NCBI RefSeq assembly: GCF_023055435.1 | Contig: NW_025963779.1 | Span: 64,418,001-64,482,000 of the forward strand | Direction: 5' to 3' | Source: Haliotis rufescens | Lineage: Eukaryota | Length of the DNA stretch: 64,000 nucleotides | In this document: one piece after another, positions 37,501-50,093 of the stretch | How the letters are laid out: every line of letters starts with the position of its first letter | Numbering within the stretch: position 1 is the stretch's first letter | Made by a program: the position numbers and the translations under genes | Notes under the pieces: model-generated | The model's database searches: none | Told to the model about the DNA's origin: nothing | The model's input: only the letters and a program-made list of their open reading frames with translations

Positions 37501-38256
37501 CCATCTGCAGTACCCTTTTTTGAAATAAGGACAAAGTCTCTTATTGCTTCTGGTTGGGTCAGGCCGATCAAGCACACTCTTTGATTTCTCTGAGGCTTGC
37601 ACCGTCTCTTTCTTACTTTCTCGATCGATATTTTGTGATTGTTTAACAACTTGTCGATGGTTTTTGTCATGTTGGAAATGGCACCGTTGCCCATAGTGAC
37701 AACGTCCAGTTCTAGCAAAGAAATTACAAATTCTTTTTTCATTCTTCTTGTCATCATGAGAAGATGTTTCAGGTCCTTGTTGTCTGTCTACTGCTTGTGA
37801 ATCATCTTCATTATCTTTTTGTTGAAAAGGTAACGAATCTGCAGTGGATGGGACTGGAGCAATTGAAGATGCTTGACTTACTGCATGTTGAGTGTCAGGA
37901 ATTTCGTGAAGAAAACGACACTTCTTACCAAAACTGCACCACCTGCGTTTAGCAAAAAAACTGCATATTTTGATACCTGAGGTAGTTTCACTTAAACTGT
38001 TGCTCGCCTGAGAAACAACCTGATCACAGTTTTCTTGATTTAGGCCTTCATAGTTACCTTCAGGGGTGATCTTGGGACAACTTTCACCTGGGTTCAAGAG
38101 TGACGGAGGAGATTCTTCAGCAAGTGGTCTACCAGCTTGGTGATCACTAGCAGTTGATAAATCTCTCACTGTGTGCTGATATCGACAAGCGTCACCGTAC
38201 CGACATATCTTTCCTCGTGAATAAAATCTGCACAATTGTCCTGAAGCAAATGACAT
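31593..38256 (-). CDS. CCCH zinc finger / RWD-like / CHY zinc finger protein, about 845 aa, 10 coding exons
   Basis: Exons 38256-37108, 36855-36796, 36510-36458, 36070-35926, 35474-34923, 34344-34230, 33913-33781, 33566-33452, 33113-33004, 31698-31593 are all GT-AG and phase-compatible. Four CCCH fingers; PSDPDWPYD...IPSTYP; CxxC pairs; GACKHYKKSYRWFRFPCCGMVYPCDVCHD; HWEGGLGCRN. The start codon could lie further upstream. Confidence 0.88.
31882..32178. mobile_element. MITE
   Basis: AGGCT-An-TAG..TTGGTTCCCAGGC...GCCTGAGAACCAA..AAGCCT inverted termini. Confidence 0.65.
32580..32748 (-). mobile_element. SINE-like family C copy
   Basis: Reverse-complement match to the body and tail. Confidence 0.7.
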
Positions 38257-38424
38257 AACCTGATCAACTGAACCTTCGATTGGCTGTTGCTTGAACAGAT
38301 TGATCTTTGTTTTCAAATCCTCTGAACTTGTTGATTTGAACGTGATTAAATTTCTTCTGCTGTTTGAAGTTTCCAGCAACAACGCTGCCTTTAAGTCTGC
38401 AAAAGACTTGGCGAAAATAATCAC

Positions 38425-38915
38425 TGGTTAGATTGTCAGGTGACTGTCCTACCTCACTCGGTCAAGACCTAAATAATGCAAACAAAGATGAAAAAAGTAC
38501 AAAATGTAAAACCTCTGTAATAAACTTAACCTTACTACCTCACTCCTACAAGAAGGGAGGAATAGGCTCGGAGCAATGATCAGTGAAGACGCCGGTATAT
38601 ATATACACCTGGTGGGTATTGCACCACAAGGGCCAATATCTCCAAATTTCAGTGTATCAGTTGAAGGAAGTTGTGCAATGATGTTACCGGAAGTGCCTTA
38701 CAACACATGACAGGAAATTACTACACGCTAAATCCTAGTTCTGTAAACACTTTTTAAAATTAAACATATCAAGTGAACATTATTAACATACAATTGTAAA
38801 AATGATAATCCCTTGTTAAAAAAAATTGGAGGTAGGAAATTGTGATAGACTTTCATGGTCTCTAACATATATCTTGAATATTGTTACGCAGGGTCAAGGT
38901 CACAGAAGTACAAAC
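38425..38915. promoter_or_regulatory. Probable bidirectional promoter
   Basis: About 660 bp separate the divergent ATGs. ETS site CCGGAAGT at about 38687; YY1-like AACATGGC overlaps the EF-Tu start. Confidence 0.55.
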
Positions 38916-40331
38916 ATGGCCGCGCACATGTTTCAGTGTCTGTGGCGTGTGCCAGGGCGTTTTAATCTGCTTACTACAAGATCGCTGTTGAATGACACCA
39001 AGGTTAAAATAACTTGGAATGCCCTAAAGCCTTTTTGCACAAATACGCCACCGTCGAACACTGTTGATAAGCCCCATTGTAATATTGGGACGATAGGTCA
39101 TGTTGATCACGGTAAAACCACTTTGACAGCCGCTATTACCAAAGTACTTGCAAGTAAAACAGGAAGCAGAACCCGATTTATCAAATATGATGAAATTGAT
39201 AGAGCGCCCCAAGAAAAGCTTCGTGGAATAACAATTAATTCTACTCATGTAGAATATGAAACTGATAACCGACATTATGCACATACAGATTGTCCAGGTC
39301 ATCTTGATTATGTCAAAAATATGATCACAGGAGCCTCGCAAATGGACGGAGCAATATTAGTGGTTGCAGCTACAGATGGCACTATGCCACAAACAAGAGA
39401 ACACTTGCTTCTGGCACGACAGATTGGGATAAAGAATATTGTTGTATATATCAATAAAACAGACATGGTAGATGGAGAACTTGTTGAGCTTGTGGAATTA
39501 GAAATTCGAGAGCTATTGACTGAATATGGATACAACGGAGATGAAACTCCTGTTATTGCTGGATCAGCACTTAAGGCTTTACATGGGACTGATCCAAGTA
39601 TTGGTGAGGACTCGATTCACAGTTTGTTGAAAAGCATAGATAAGCATGTGCCAATTCCAAATCGAGACACATCCGGTCCGTTTTACATGCCGATAGAAGC
39701 AGCAATATCTGTTCGTGGCAGAGGAACAGTTGTCATTGGTACTGTGCAACAGGGGTTTATAAGGAAAGGTGATAGCGCTGATATTCTTGGATTTGGAAAT
39801 GCTCTGAAAACCGCAGCATCTGATATTCAGGTTTTCAATAAATCGATTCCTCATTGTAGTGCAGGTGAAAATGTTGGCATTCTTCTCAGAGGTGTGAAAT
39901 CTGAATTTGTTCAAAGAGGAATGTTTTTATGTCATCCTGATTTGTTTGAACAGAAAGATACGTTTGAGACTCAGCTTTATGTCTTAACAAAGACTGAAGG
40001 TGGTCGGTCAAAACCTTTGACAGACAAATATATTCAAATGTTGTTCTGTAACATGTGGAATATTTCGGCAATGGTGAAGCTTCCTGAAGGAAGGGATATT
40101 GTGATGGGAGGAGACACTGTTACAGCAACTGTGCTACTTAGAAAACCAATGGTATTCACTGTAGGACAGCGATACACTGTTAGAGAAAATAAACTGACTG
40201 CCCTCACTGGTGTGATAACTAAAGTGTTGCCTTCGCTGGACATCAGAATCCAAGGTTTCAATTTTGAACGACCAAGAAGTCACAGAATAGAAGGAAATGC
40301 TTGGCTAACTAGGAAAAGAAGACTGACATGA
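38916..40331 (+). CDS. TUFM: Mitochondrial elongation factor Tu, divergent (EF-Tu2-like), intronless CDS, 471 aa
   Basis: Arg/Leu-rich N-terminal presequence; [56 protein letters not shown]; domains II and III; a C-terminal extension of about 33 aa. Confidence 0.92.
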   Translation: MAAHMFQCLWRVPGRFNLLTTRSLLNDTKVKITWNALKPFCTNTPPSNTVDKPHCNIGTIGHVDHGKTTLTAAITKVLASKTGSRTRFIKYDEIDRAPQEKLRGITINSTHVEYETDNRHYAHTDCPGHLDYVKNMITGASQMDGAILVVAATDGTMPQTREHLLLARQIGIKNIVVYINKTDMVDGELVELVELEIRELLTEYGYNGDETPVIAGSALKALHGTDPSIGEDSIHSLLKSIDKHVPIPNRDTSGPFYMPIEAAISVRGRGTVVIGTVQQGFIRKGDSADILGFGNALKTAASDIQVFNKSIPHCSAGENVGILLRGVKSEFVQRGMFLCHPDLFEQKDTFETQLYVLTKTEGGRSKPLTDKYIQMLFCNMWNISAMVKLPEGRDIVMGGDTVTATVLLRKPMVFTVGQRYTVRENKLTALTGVITKVLPSLDIRIQGFNFERPRSHRIEGNAWLTRKRRLT

Positions 40332-40467
40332 TTGTCAAGTTGACACTGGAAGCAAATCATCAATATCATGATTATGATGTACTAGAAACTGTTTATTCAT
40401 CATGTTTATTGAAATCAGAAATATATTAATGGGATATCAGCATGATCAAAGTTTTCTGTTGACATAA

Positions 40468-40881
40468 GGCCATCCACACTTTTATGTGTTTCTCATCTCC
40501 AACCTCAACCAGCAAGACAGTGGGCGGGTTAAAAAAATGAATAATTATTTTTTGTTTAATTTTTTTTTTTTTTTTCAATAATTGTGTAACTTATTTTATG
40601 AAATTTTGAAGTTGAACACTTGTTAATAGTCTTTAAATAAATTTATGACGCAGATTGAGTCGCTTTGCTTCAGGGAAGTTTTGATAAATACAACTGAAGA
40701 AAGATCATGCTGGCCTGGTTTTTTATGTATGTGCAATTGTATGAGTACTTTTATTATTACATCGTAGCATAAATTTCCACAGCGGCAGGGGAAACTGAAA
40801 TAGAAAACTTTTTTATTTCATGTCAGAGGGGGGAATTCAGGGTGGGCAGATGGGAAACACAGAAATATATATGGACAGCCT
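40468..40881. mobile_element. Putative old MITE
   Basis: AGGCCATCCA..TGTGTTTCTCATCT / AGATGGGAAACACA..TGGACAGCCT degenerate TIRs. Confidence 0.45.
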
Positions 40882-43406
40882 AACAGCTATTGCATCTTAG
40901 TTTGGGAAATGAATTTCAGTCTTCATGGCAACTCTATATGTCAATAGTAAGGGTGCCATCACTATTTCCAGTGCAGGTTGGTGCAGAGTTTGTGTGATAG
41001 GCCCAACACCATGAGAATGATGAGTAGTTATTAGTGGTGGATTTGCTGTGATAATATGTTGGCAATGAAAGAATGTGGAATAAAGACTACAAATTAAATT
41101 CAGATTCTAAGTGTACTTCTTTACCACATTTACAGGACCTATTATGATGTACTGTGAAACCCCATCAGGCCAGACTGAAATATTTCCCCTGAATTCGTCT
41201 GGATAAATAAGTCATTTTTAAAGAGGAGTATCCTTTGTATAAATGTAGAGCAGGGTTTCTGGACTCTCAGGTCTGGAGTTTACTATAACAGAAGAAAATA
41301 AGGACCAATCAATTATCAAAGAGCTTATTTCAGTAAGCATGCCATTTGATTGTCCTGTTCTGTGTTTGGTAGCCCCTTTGGGACTTGTGTTAGAATTGTT
41401 CCCCAGTAACAAAAATGGATCTGATGGTCAGACTGTGAGTCATCATATCCTTATGGCCAGACTCTATTTTTTACCTGTCGTCCTGATTCTGCTGGGAGAT
41501 TGCTGGCTCCAGCTTCAAACAACATTCACGCACTGTTGAGTACAATATGTCGCTCTGGGCATCATTGAAAGTTCACGTGAGCTTGTGTCATGTAGCATTT
41601 TCTGTTGTCCGCTATATTATTACAATTTGACACCTGCTCTGAAACCATATGATGAACAAAAACAATAAGTTAGGGGGTGCCCAACTCTTCTTAGGAGCTG
41701 GATATTCACTGTACCGAGTTGTGTGATTAGGTGTGCCAGAATCCTGACCGTGTTTGAATCCCGGATTAGCTTTGGTTCAGATTCTTGGTTTCTCGGCACC
41801 ATACATGCATAAAAACATTCAAGACCTGAATCACTTCAGGCTTTCATCCCACATCAAGGCGACACCTTGGGATATCAATGAAATACTGTGAGAAGCAGAA
41901 ATACATCCAACTCGTTCACCATATTTACTACAATGCGCTTCTGATCTAAATAGACTGAGGTGCAAAAGAAACAATACCTCCCCATTGATTTTATCATGTT
42001 TGATTTTCAATTGTAAATATCTTAAGCTAGCAATATTATATTTTAAACATTAACTGTACTGGTGCTTAGTCAGCACTCATCTCAAAGAATATGTCTACCA
42101 TGATAATTTGACTTATAACTCTTCAAGATATAAACAATATTTTTCTCTCTCATAATTCACAGCTGCTCAAGGGTATCTTAGACATCTTATCTTTGAAAAT
42201 CAATAAATTTGCTTTTTTTACAGCACAAATTTACATTTTAAATATGATATGTCGTGGTGGCAAATTCATTTCTTAGCCCAGTCTTCATTGAACCACTATA
42301 TTTTTACACAAAATAAACCAGCAACAGATTTCTTTTTACTGTTGCAGGAAAGAGTGATGGTTACTTAGACATGATTACATTAAACAACAGCTCTTTCAAT
42401 CTTCAACAACATAAAATATAAACTCAGTATACTTTCTTTTGCTTCTCTGTTTATGTGGGACATGCCTGCATTACCTAAGACTTGCACACAATGTGCAGAA
42501 TTCTGCACAAACCTGACCTAATATTAATATGAAGAAACAACAAAAAAGACAAAGACAGACAATTGTGTTCTTTAATCATGTTTATGACATTGTACAACTT
42601 TCATTAATGGCCTAACAAATTTGCCATCTTGTCTTGGCCCCTGAAAGCATTTTTTTTTATCTATGAAAGGTATTAACATTTCAGGTTACATTTGCATAAG
42701 ATATATGATGTTTAACTTAAAAATGTCTGACTTGATTGGACTGAATAGTATAAACAAATTAACAAATTAATTACTGTGAACATGAAAGACACATAACTGT
42801 TAAACATAATTCTTAACTTTATGAAAACAATGAATCTGAGTGGAATCTTTTCAACAACTTGCAACAAAATGTAAATAAATAGAAAAACTGCTTCAGCATG
42901 TCATATTCAGTGTCTAATGAACAGATAAATTCACAACTTCAGTAAATATGGTGAAATGATAGATATGGTGTCATGAAATGAGTTAAGAGAAACAGAAAAA
43001 CAATACACATTGATAATATTGGATATTCACTTAGGGTCACTGCTTCATCTTCCTGTTTGATCTCAGTTTAATCTGTACCATCAGAATAGAGCATGCTGAG
43101 CTCACTTCTCAGATGTGGAAACCTGTGTTTCTGTTCATCAAATATCATTTGAGTGGTGGCAAAGGAGGTCGTCTAGAAGAAATGGCGCCGAGGTTAATGG
43201 AGGTGAAGGAGGTCATCAGGGAAGTGTTTGGAATGTAGCACTTTGAGCACACTTTAGGGTGTGGATTTGGTGCATTATAAATATGCACATTATTATTTTT
43301 ATTTTGCTCTGAGGTCAGAGGAGACAAAGGAGGTCCAATGATCAGTCTGGAATGATTCTGCTCTGAGATTACAATAGGCCTGTTGACAATACATCTCTCT
43401 GTACCC

Positions 43407-45471
43407 TCAAAGAGCAGGACATCTTTTCTCCAGCATAGTTTCTGTGTCTTTGGCATTCTCAGCATAGCATGTCACTTGCCCCCTCAAAGGATATGAAATG
43501 TCATTGGTCTTATTAGAGCTTATCTTCACATGTCCCTTGTGTGGACCATGCTTGTTGGAGATGAAGTTCATCAGATCTATTTGGAGAGGCAGCTTGGTGG
43601 ACTTTGGTGCTGATGTTTGGCCCATGCTTGTAGAGGCAGTATCGGACATATCTGTGGTTGGTTCTTTGCTGCCACATGGATTCACCTGGGAGATGTCTGA
43701 CTGGGAGAGAGTCAATGATAGGGAAAGAGAAGAAGGATGTGTTCTTGATCCAGAGCTTTGTGACTGAAGAGAATTCTGTTTGAAGTATGTGTCCAACGTT
43801 CTCATGCGAGGTTCCTTCCTAGACATAGAATGAGTGATGACTGTGGCAGCCTTGCCACTAAAAGATGTCCCTTTCTGGTCTTCAGACTTAGATTCACAAG
43901 ATATTAACCCTTTCCCGTTCCCAACATGTTTTCTTTGACTGTTACTGGTGTTCAGTCCTGTATCTTGTTCAAATTGGTGATGAGCCTGAGAGCAATTGAA
44001 TCTTTGATCACTTTGGCTAAACTTGTGGAACATAAGCATACCATTGGCAGGTTTCGATTCTCTTTGCCTCCACAGTTCAAATACATCTTTTGACAGACAT
44101 AATACTTCACTGCCAGCCTCAAATATTCTCCTCAGCTTGTCAGGGCTTATACGACCAAAAGGTGGAAACGGCAAAGGGCTGCACGGGTAGCTGTCAATGG
44201 AGAGCTCTCTCCTGTTTAGGGGCTTTAATGCCTGAGCCAGATTCAGACATGATGCCAGTTCATGATGCCAGTTAAATGACATCAGTGTCCCCACGCATCT
44301 ATCAAGGATCTTGACCAATGTTGTGAAGCTGTTCTCTGATAAATCTGAAATGAAAGGATACTGGTTCTTACACATATGCAAACTTCAGAACCCTCCTCAC
44401 TAGTTTCTTGGTTTACCATCATTATTCCCCCATCCCATCCCCTCTTCATTAAGAGACTGGTATGAGTTGAGCTGATATGAGGGGACATGGTTGGCCCAGT
44501 CATGAAAAGGGTCTCATTTTGCTGTGCAGAGTTGCTTCCCTGTGACATGCCAGGATCCTATCATCTGGGTTAGAACCCCTTATTTGCTCTGATTATGATA
44601 CATGGTTTGTCAAATCAATACAAAATACATCCAAAAAACATGAAACAAAAATAGTATGTCCTGACCCTGTTTTCCGTGTTCGATGGTAGTAATCCAACTG
44701 TTGGCAAGATGAGTCAGAAGTCTTTTTGGATCATGGACATCATTAGTTGTGAGGAAGGTACTGTTGTTTACCAAATAGTCAGTCAAGAGGCTTAGCATGG
44801 TGCATCGATCCACAGTGACATCCTGTGACTGGGCGAGATACTGAAAAAATGTACCCTGTCATATTTTGCTCTTTGAGGACTAAAAAAACAAATTTAGAGC
44901 AATGTCATATTTTTATTTGCTTGTTTGTGAATTGTATACAAACATGCAGCTAAACTGCCAACTCCCATTACTTTACAGGAAAAGAATACCATTTTTCTTA
45001 ATTCGAACAGGCAGTGTTTTGACCAGTAATCAATTTCAGGATTTACTGTGTATAGGTCGAGAAACGTCTCTCTAGGTTATGAGAGCAATTATCAACTTTT
45101 TGAACGTTACATATTATACGATTTGAGGTCGCTGTGTGTTTGAATACCTGGACTTGGATAGCCGAACCTACTACCCACCCTTTAAATAATTTGCGTAAAC
45201 ACAGAATTACGTCGGAAAAGAAAATTTAATTTAAATATGTATTCCACAAAAAAACATTCCCCTGGTGCTTAGTTCTACTTACCAACATTTTCCAAAGTGT
45301 CTTCCATGATAGATCTCCATACAGAGTACTGAGTAGCGATATGTTGGACAAGGCCACAGTGTCGTCTGCTATTTTCATGACTTTCTGAACGTTCTGGTCA
45401 TGACCGGCTAACAACTCACACACGAGACCATTGCTGAAGAGCTCACATGTAACAATATCAGAACTTGACAT
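43407..45471 (-). CDS. Uncharacterised protein, at least 3 exons, about 433 aa
   Basis: Exons 45471-45283, 44840-44666, 44344-43407 are phase-compatible with good splice sites. CCAAT box at about 45639. No recognisable domain; the 3' end is uncertain. Confidence 0.6.
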
Positions 45472-46089
45472 GGCCGACAAAAGTAAAATTTACGATGTAG
45501 TATAGAATACCTTCCTTTCTTTACCACAACTTGATTATCAGTACTTGTCCAGCTGATATCGTCAACTTGACATCAGCAGGGCCATTACCCAGCCAACCTT
45601 TCTAACTTATCACACGGCAGGCGGAAATTTTGAAGTGGCCAATCAGGATACAGATAACAATGGAGCCTACTTTTCAATGATTAGATTCGAACTTGGCAAA
45701 ATGCCATCGGAACGGTGTGAGGGGAATCGCTCCAAATAATATCAACCACTGGTTTGTCTGGTCCAGACTAGATTATTTACAAACCGCTGTCATAAAGCTG
45801 GAACATGGCTGAGGGCGGTTAGACAATATATATTATATAGACTGTCCCAGGGGGTCCGGACCCCCCCTCCCTTTTAAAAATGCTGGATCCGCCCTTACAT
45901 ACAAAAGCGACGAAACGCTTTCCACATAAATCACACAAAATCCCTGAAAAAAAGCAGAGTCCATACTATCATAAGCATATGTTTATGAATCACTATCAAT
46001 AAGTGATGATGCCAGTTGTTCGCGACAAGGTGAGTGTATCCTGCACCGACGGGGGCACCCGTCACCTGACTTATCTCGTGACCTGAAAT

Positions 46090-47583
46090 AACTGAGTCAA
46101 ATTAAAAACCTCACATTTTTAAAAGTAATCCCATATATGATATTATACAACGGACAAATGTATCAGAGAAGGTAATTTTTTATCATTAATGTCCAAAGAA
46201 GAATTTTAATTAACGGTGGTAACCATAATTTGTTCCAAGCACATACGGTATTCGGTAATAGCATCAACAGTTTAAATCATAAGTCCCAAGCACGAGAATC
46301 TGATGGCACACAAGTTCAGTAGCGTGTATGGCCACCATGTGCGCTGACAACTGCCACACAACGCCTCCGCATGGACCTTGTGATGCTTGTGAACACATGA
46401 TTGGGAAGACTACGCCATTGTTGCTGCAAAATGGTGCCAAGATCTTGCAAATTCTGTGGTTGGTTCTGGAGAGTGCGCAGACTTCTGCCAAGAGCATCCC
46501 AGACGTGTTCGATGGGACTGAGGTCGGGAGACCTTGACGGCCAGTCCATGACGTTGACTCCCGCATTCTGAAGGAAATTCCTTGTCAAAATTGCTGTGTG
46601 GGGTCTGGCATTGTCGTGTTGGAAGATCAAACCGGGTCCATGTGCTGCCATAAAAGGCAGAAGTTCTGGTGCCAGTACCTGGTCGCGGTAAGCAGCAACG
46701 TTGAGGTTGCCGCGGATGACAAGAAGCCTGGAACGTGCATTGTCACAGAAAGCAACCCACACCATGACACTTCCGCCTCGAAATCTGTCAACTTCCTGTA
46801 CACAACACTGGGCGTAACGTTCATGACGGCGCCTCCACACCCTCGCCCTACCATCAGCAAATCGAAGATTAAATCGGGATTCATCACTGAAGACGACTTG
46901 ATTCCAATTCCTCTGAGTCCATCGTAAGTGTCGCTGTGCCCACAATTGACGTTGACGTCTGTGTTATTGAGTCAGAATCGGCCCGCAGTATGGCCGTCGT
47001 GCTTGAAGGTGAGCAGTTCTCAGACAGTTCATTTCTGGTTGATGTAGCCGTCAAAAATCGGTTACGGAGGTGACGTAAGACAATCTGACGATCCTCTGCA
47101 TGTGACACGTGGTCGACCTGGCCGAGGGCGATCAGCGATTGTACCCGTTTGCTGTAGACGCGTCTGTAAATCATAAACAGTCCGTCGACTACAACCCATC
47201 GTCCTTGCGACTTCAGCTACGGACGTTCCCGTCTGCAACATGCCGATGGCACGTTCACGTTGCACATTTGAAAGGCGTGGCATGACAAATGGCCGTAAAG
47301 ACTTTTGTTTTCTTGTGTTTTTCTTTTTTTGTTAATGACTGCTAACAAGTATGGCTGAAAACACGTGCGATATTATGGCCACGTGACCAGTTGCACGTGA
47401 AGAACCACTTTTGCCACTATAGTGCTGTGCACATGATTTTGATCGATTCACCTGCACAAAAACCGGTGTTGTCTGAAGACAATACGTGGCCATTACTGTT
47501 TAAATACACAATAAGGGCCCACAATGATAACTGGTCAAAATGTTAAAATTTTAGGATTATAAAGTTTTTAATTTGGTTCAGTA
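46090..47583 (-). mobile_element. Tc1 (DD34E) transposon, decayed
   Basis: Degenerate TIRs ACTGARYCAAATTAAAAAC at both ends and a transposase remnant inside. Confidence 0.85.
46316..47283 (-). pseudogene. Tc1 transposase, frameshifted in the N-terminal half
   Basis: MPRLSNVQRERAIGML, RPRPGRPRVT, VFSDESRF, FQHDNARPH, WPSRSPDLSPIEHVW (34 residues between D and E), GGHTRY. Confidence 0.9.
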
Positions 47584-47615
47584 TTTATAGTTGTTATATT
47601 TTCATCTACACAATA

Positions 47616-47779
47616 TAAACTGACAAAGTGCGCACACATCTAAAAATCGCTTAAGTTCAATAACACGTCACATTAATAGCGTGTATAACCACTCCCTGCT
47701 ATAAGACACGAAAAAACTCTCCGGCGCTCAGAAGGTCAGTCGTCTGATGACGTCATGTGGGATACGTCCCAATTCTTCT

Positions 47780-47813
<34 letters not shown>

Positions 47814-48993
47814 ATGTCTGGGGAGCGTGCAGGCCACGGCAACACGTTGACGTTGGCTGCAAGGAAGTTCTGTACGATTCGGGCTGTATGATGGGGTCTG
47901 GTGTTGTCATGCTGATAAAATACATAACATGGCATCTGTTGTAGAAATGGTAGGACATATTCTACCCCACACCATAACACCCCGTCTACCATACGGCACG
48001 ACCTCCTGAACGCAACATGCCGCCGTTCGTTATCCCATTCGGCAGTATGCTGTCTTCCATCAACTCTGAACAAACAGAAGCGGCTTTCATCAGTGAAGAT
48101 GGCCCTCTGCCAGTCACGTCGCGGACAACGACGTACAGTCCAGGCCCATCTCAATCTCTGACGACGATGTTGCGCTGTCAAAACCTGTCCTCTATCACGG
48201 TCTGTCAGCCCTAATTCCTTGAGCCCTGAATCGACTGTCTGTCGACTAACCATATGCCCTAAGGCATTCGTCGCTGATGAAGTCACTGCCAGGAATCGAT
48301 TCCAGAGATGCAAAGTAGTGAAAGTACGCAATGACCGGTCTTCATTGGGCGTAGTTACCCAGGGTATGTCTGTTCTTGGCTTGTCTGCTGTCTACCCGGT
48401 CTGTCTGTCTGTCTGCACAGCAATCAAGTGAATGAGTTGGGTTAACGCCCAACTTGTTCTGACGTTTACCACTTCGGTGAAACCCACGAGTACGCGTATG
48501 GTGCTGACAAACATAGAAACATAATCGGGGCGAACCGGGATTCGAACCCACAATCATAGGTTTCTGGCGTGCCCAAGGGACGCAACTCTGCACAGCGAAT
48601 CGCGGCGCCTTAGACGACTGGGCCACCCGTGCCCGGGAGCAGTCAAGAGTTCTAGCAATGTGGGCATGGTAGGCTTCCATCTGTTTCATACCCAGGGCTC
48701 GCTCGCGTTGTTCGGGTGTCACTCGTGGCATTTCTTGGGTGGTGTTTATCAGTGTGAGTGTCTGACATGCCGTCCGTATCATTTATTTACCCTTATTGCT
48801 CGCGTAGTTTCGGTTGTGCACGTAGCACGTTTTTTTTCTAACTTTTTCGCACTTTCTACAAATAAAAAACGTGCCGTGAGCATTGTTGTATTTGGACGAT
48901 GTGTTGTGTATGGGTTTGCTTTGAACTTGTGTTTTTTCAAATTCTTGCAATTTCATTTTTGAAGTGGCTTAGTTTCTTTTGGCCGTCAGTTTA
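47616..48993 (-). mobile_element. Second Tc1 relic, deleted and interrupted by a SINE
   Basis: MPRVTPEQRERALGM starts at 48731; IFTDESRF, YQHDNTRPH, WPARSPDMSP; TAAACTGAC termini; SINE at 48428-48633. Confidence 0.8.
48428..48633 (-). mobile_element. SINE family B copy inside the Tc1 relic
   Basis: Reverse complement of the 26.5-kb copy, with an internal deletion. Confidence 0.75.
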
Positions 48994-50093
48994 TGACCTA
49001 TTCCAATGTTTGCGAAGAGTCCCATGGACGGCAGCGTAGCATTGTTAAAAATAAATGAAATGAGGTAACAATTGTAAATTAGTTTAGTAATTCCAACAAC
49101 ACATATTTCAACTTGAGCTCAGGAAACCCACTTACTCTTCTTTTCCTCAGAACAATACCTATTTGTAATATATAAATTTCGAGTTCACAGTGCGTTATTT
49201 AGAGAATAATATACACGCAACTCTTAATTACGGAGTATCTGTCTCCTGTGAATTATTTTTTAAACTCCAGGCCTTGGCGAGTAATGTTCAACATTAAGTC
49301 AAGATGGAAAGACAATCCGCACTTCCTCGTTGCTCGTATATTATTCTCTTAATAACGTACTGTGAACTCGTCATTGGTTTATCTGTCCCTGGTAAATAAA
49401 TGTTGCAAGTCTCGCGAAATTCATTCACTGAGGACGGATAATTAATACTTCGTATTAGCTCGTTGCTATATTCTCTCAATGTTTATGTTAAGATGTTGTC
49501 TATCATGCATTCAGAAAATAAGCATACTGATTTTGAGAGTAGATATATTCCGTTTTTCTCTTAACATATAGCGCTTCGATCGGCACTTGTATTCTTTGAA
49601 CACGTTTCCAAACCCATCGGATAATGGCCGACCCTTCTGTTATAAGAGACACGGCGCATGACACTACAGTGTTGCATAAGCTACTAAAGCTAGTCATTAT
49701 TAAATTGACATAGATTGTTAACAATAATGGTACACTTCACCTACATTTTATGTAAAATACAGGAATAAAAAGAAATCAGGAGATGTGGACTGCATTACTT
49801 GATTTAGGTAATTATAAGTGATAGGGGTGTTGAATTCGAAGATCCAGCTCTTGAATTCATAAGTGGTTACCAAAAACTGTACAAAGAAAGAGAGGATGGT
49901 GATAATGGCTTTTATTTTACGGTTTTTTTTATGAACAATGTGTCCTTTCATACACTGTTATAAATAGAGGATGGTTACCTCGATCATCACTATCAAACAT
50001 CTACGCATAGCCATACATCACACACGAGTATTCACACACATGTAGAAAACTGTTTTACGTCAGCACTATCAAACATCTTTTACATCTACTCTG

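Noticed and set aside
38826-40331. Bacterial tuf gene from horizontal transfer or contamination
   Set aside because: It has an N-terminal mitochondrial-type presequence, host-like composition and contiguous eukaryotic neighbours. The upstream TTG start in the ORF track is unlikely.
41218-41950. Separate gene between EF-Tu and the orphan gene
   Set aside because: The exon-like fragments could not be joined into a stop-free frame.
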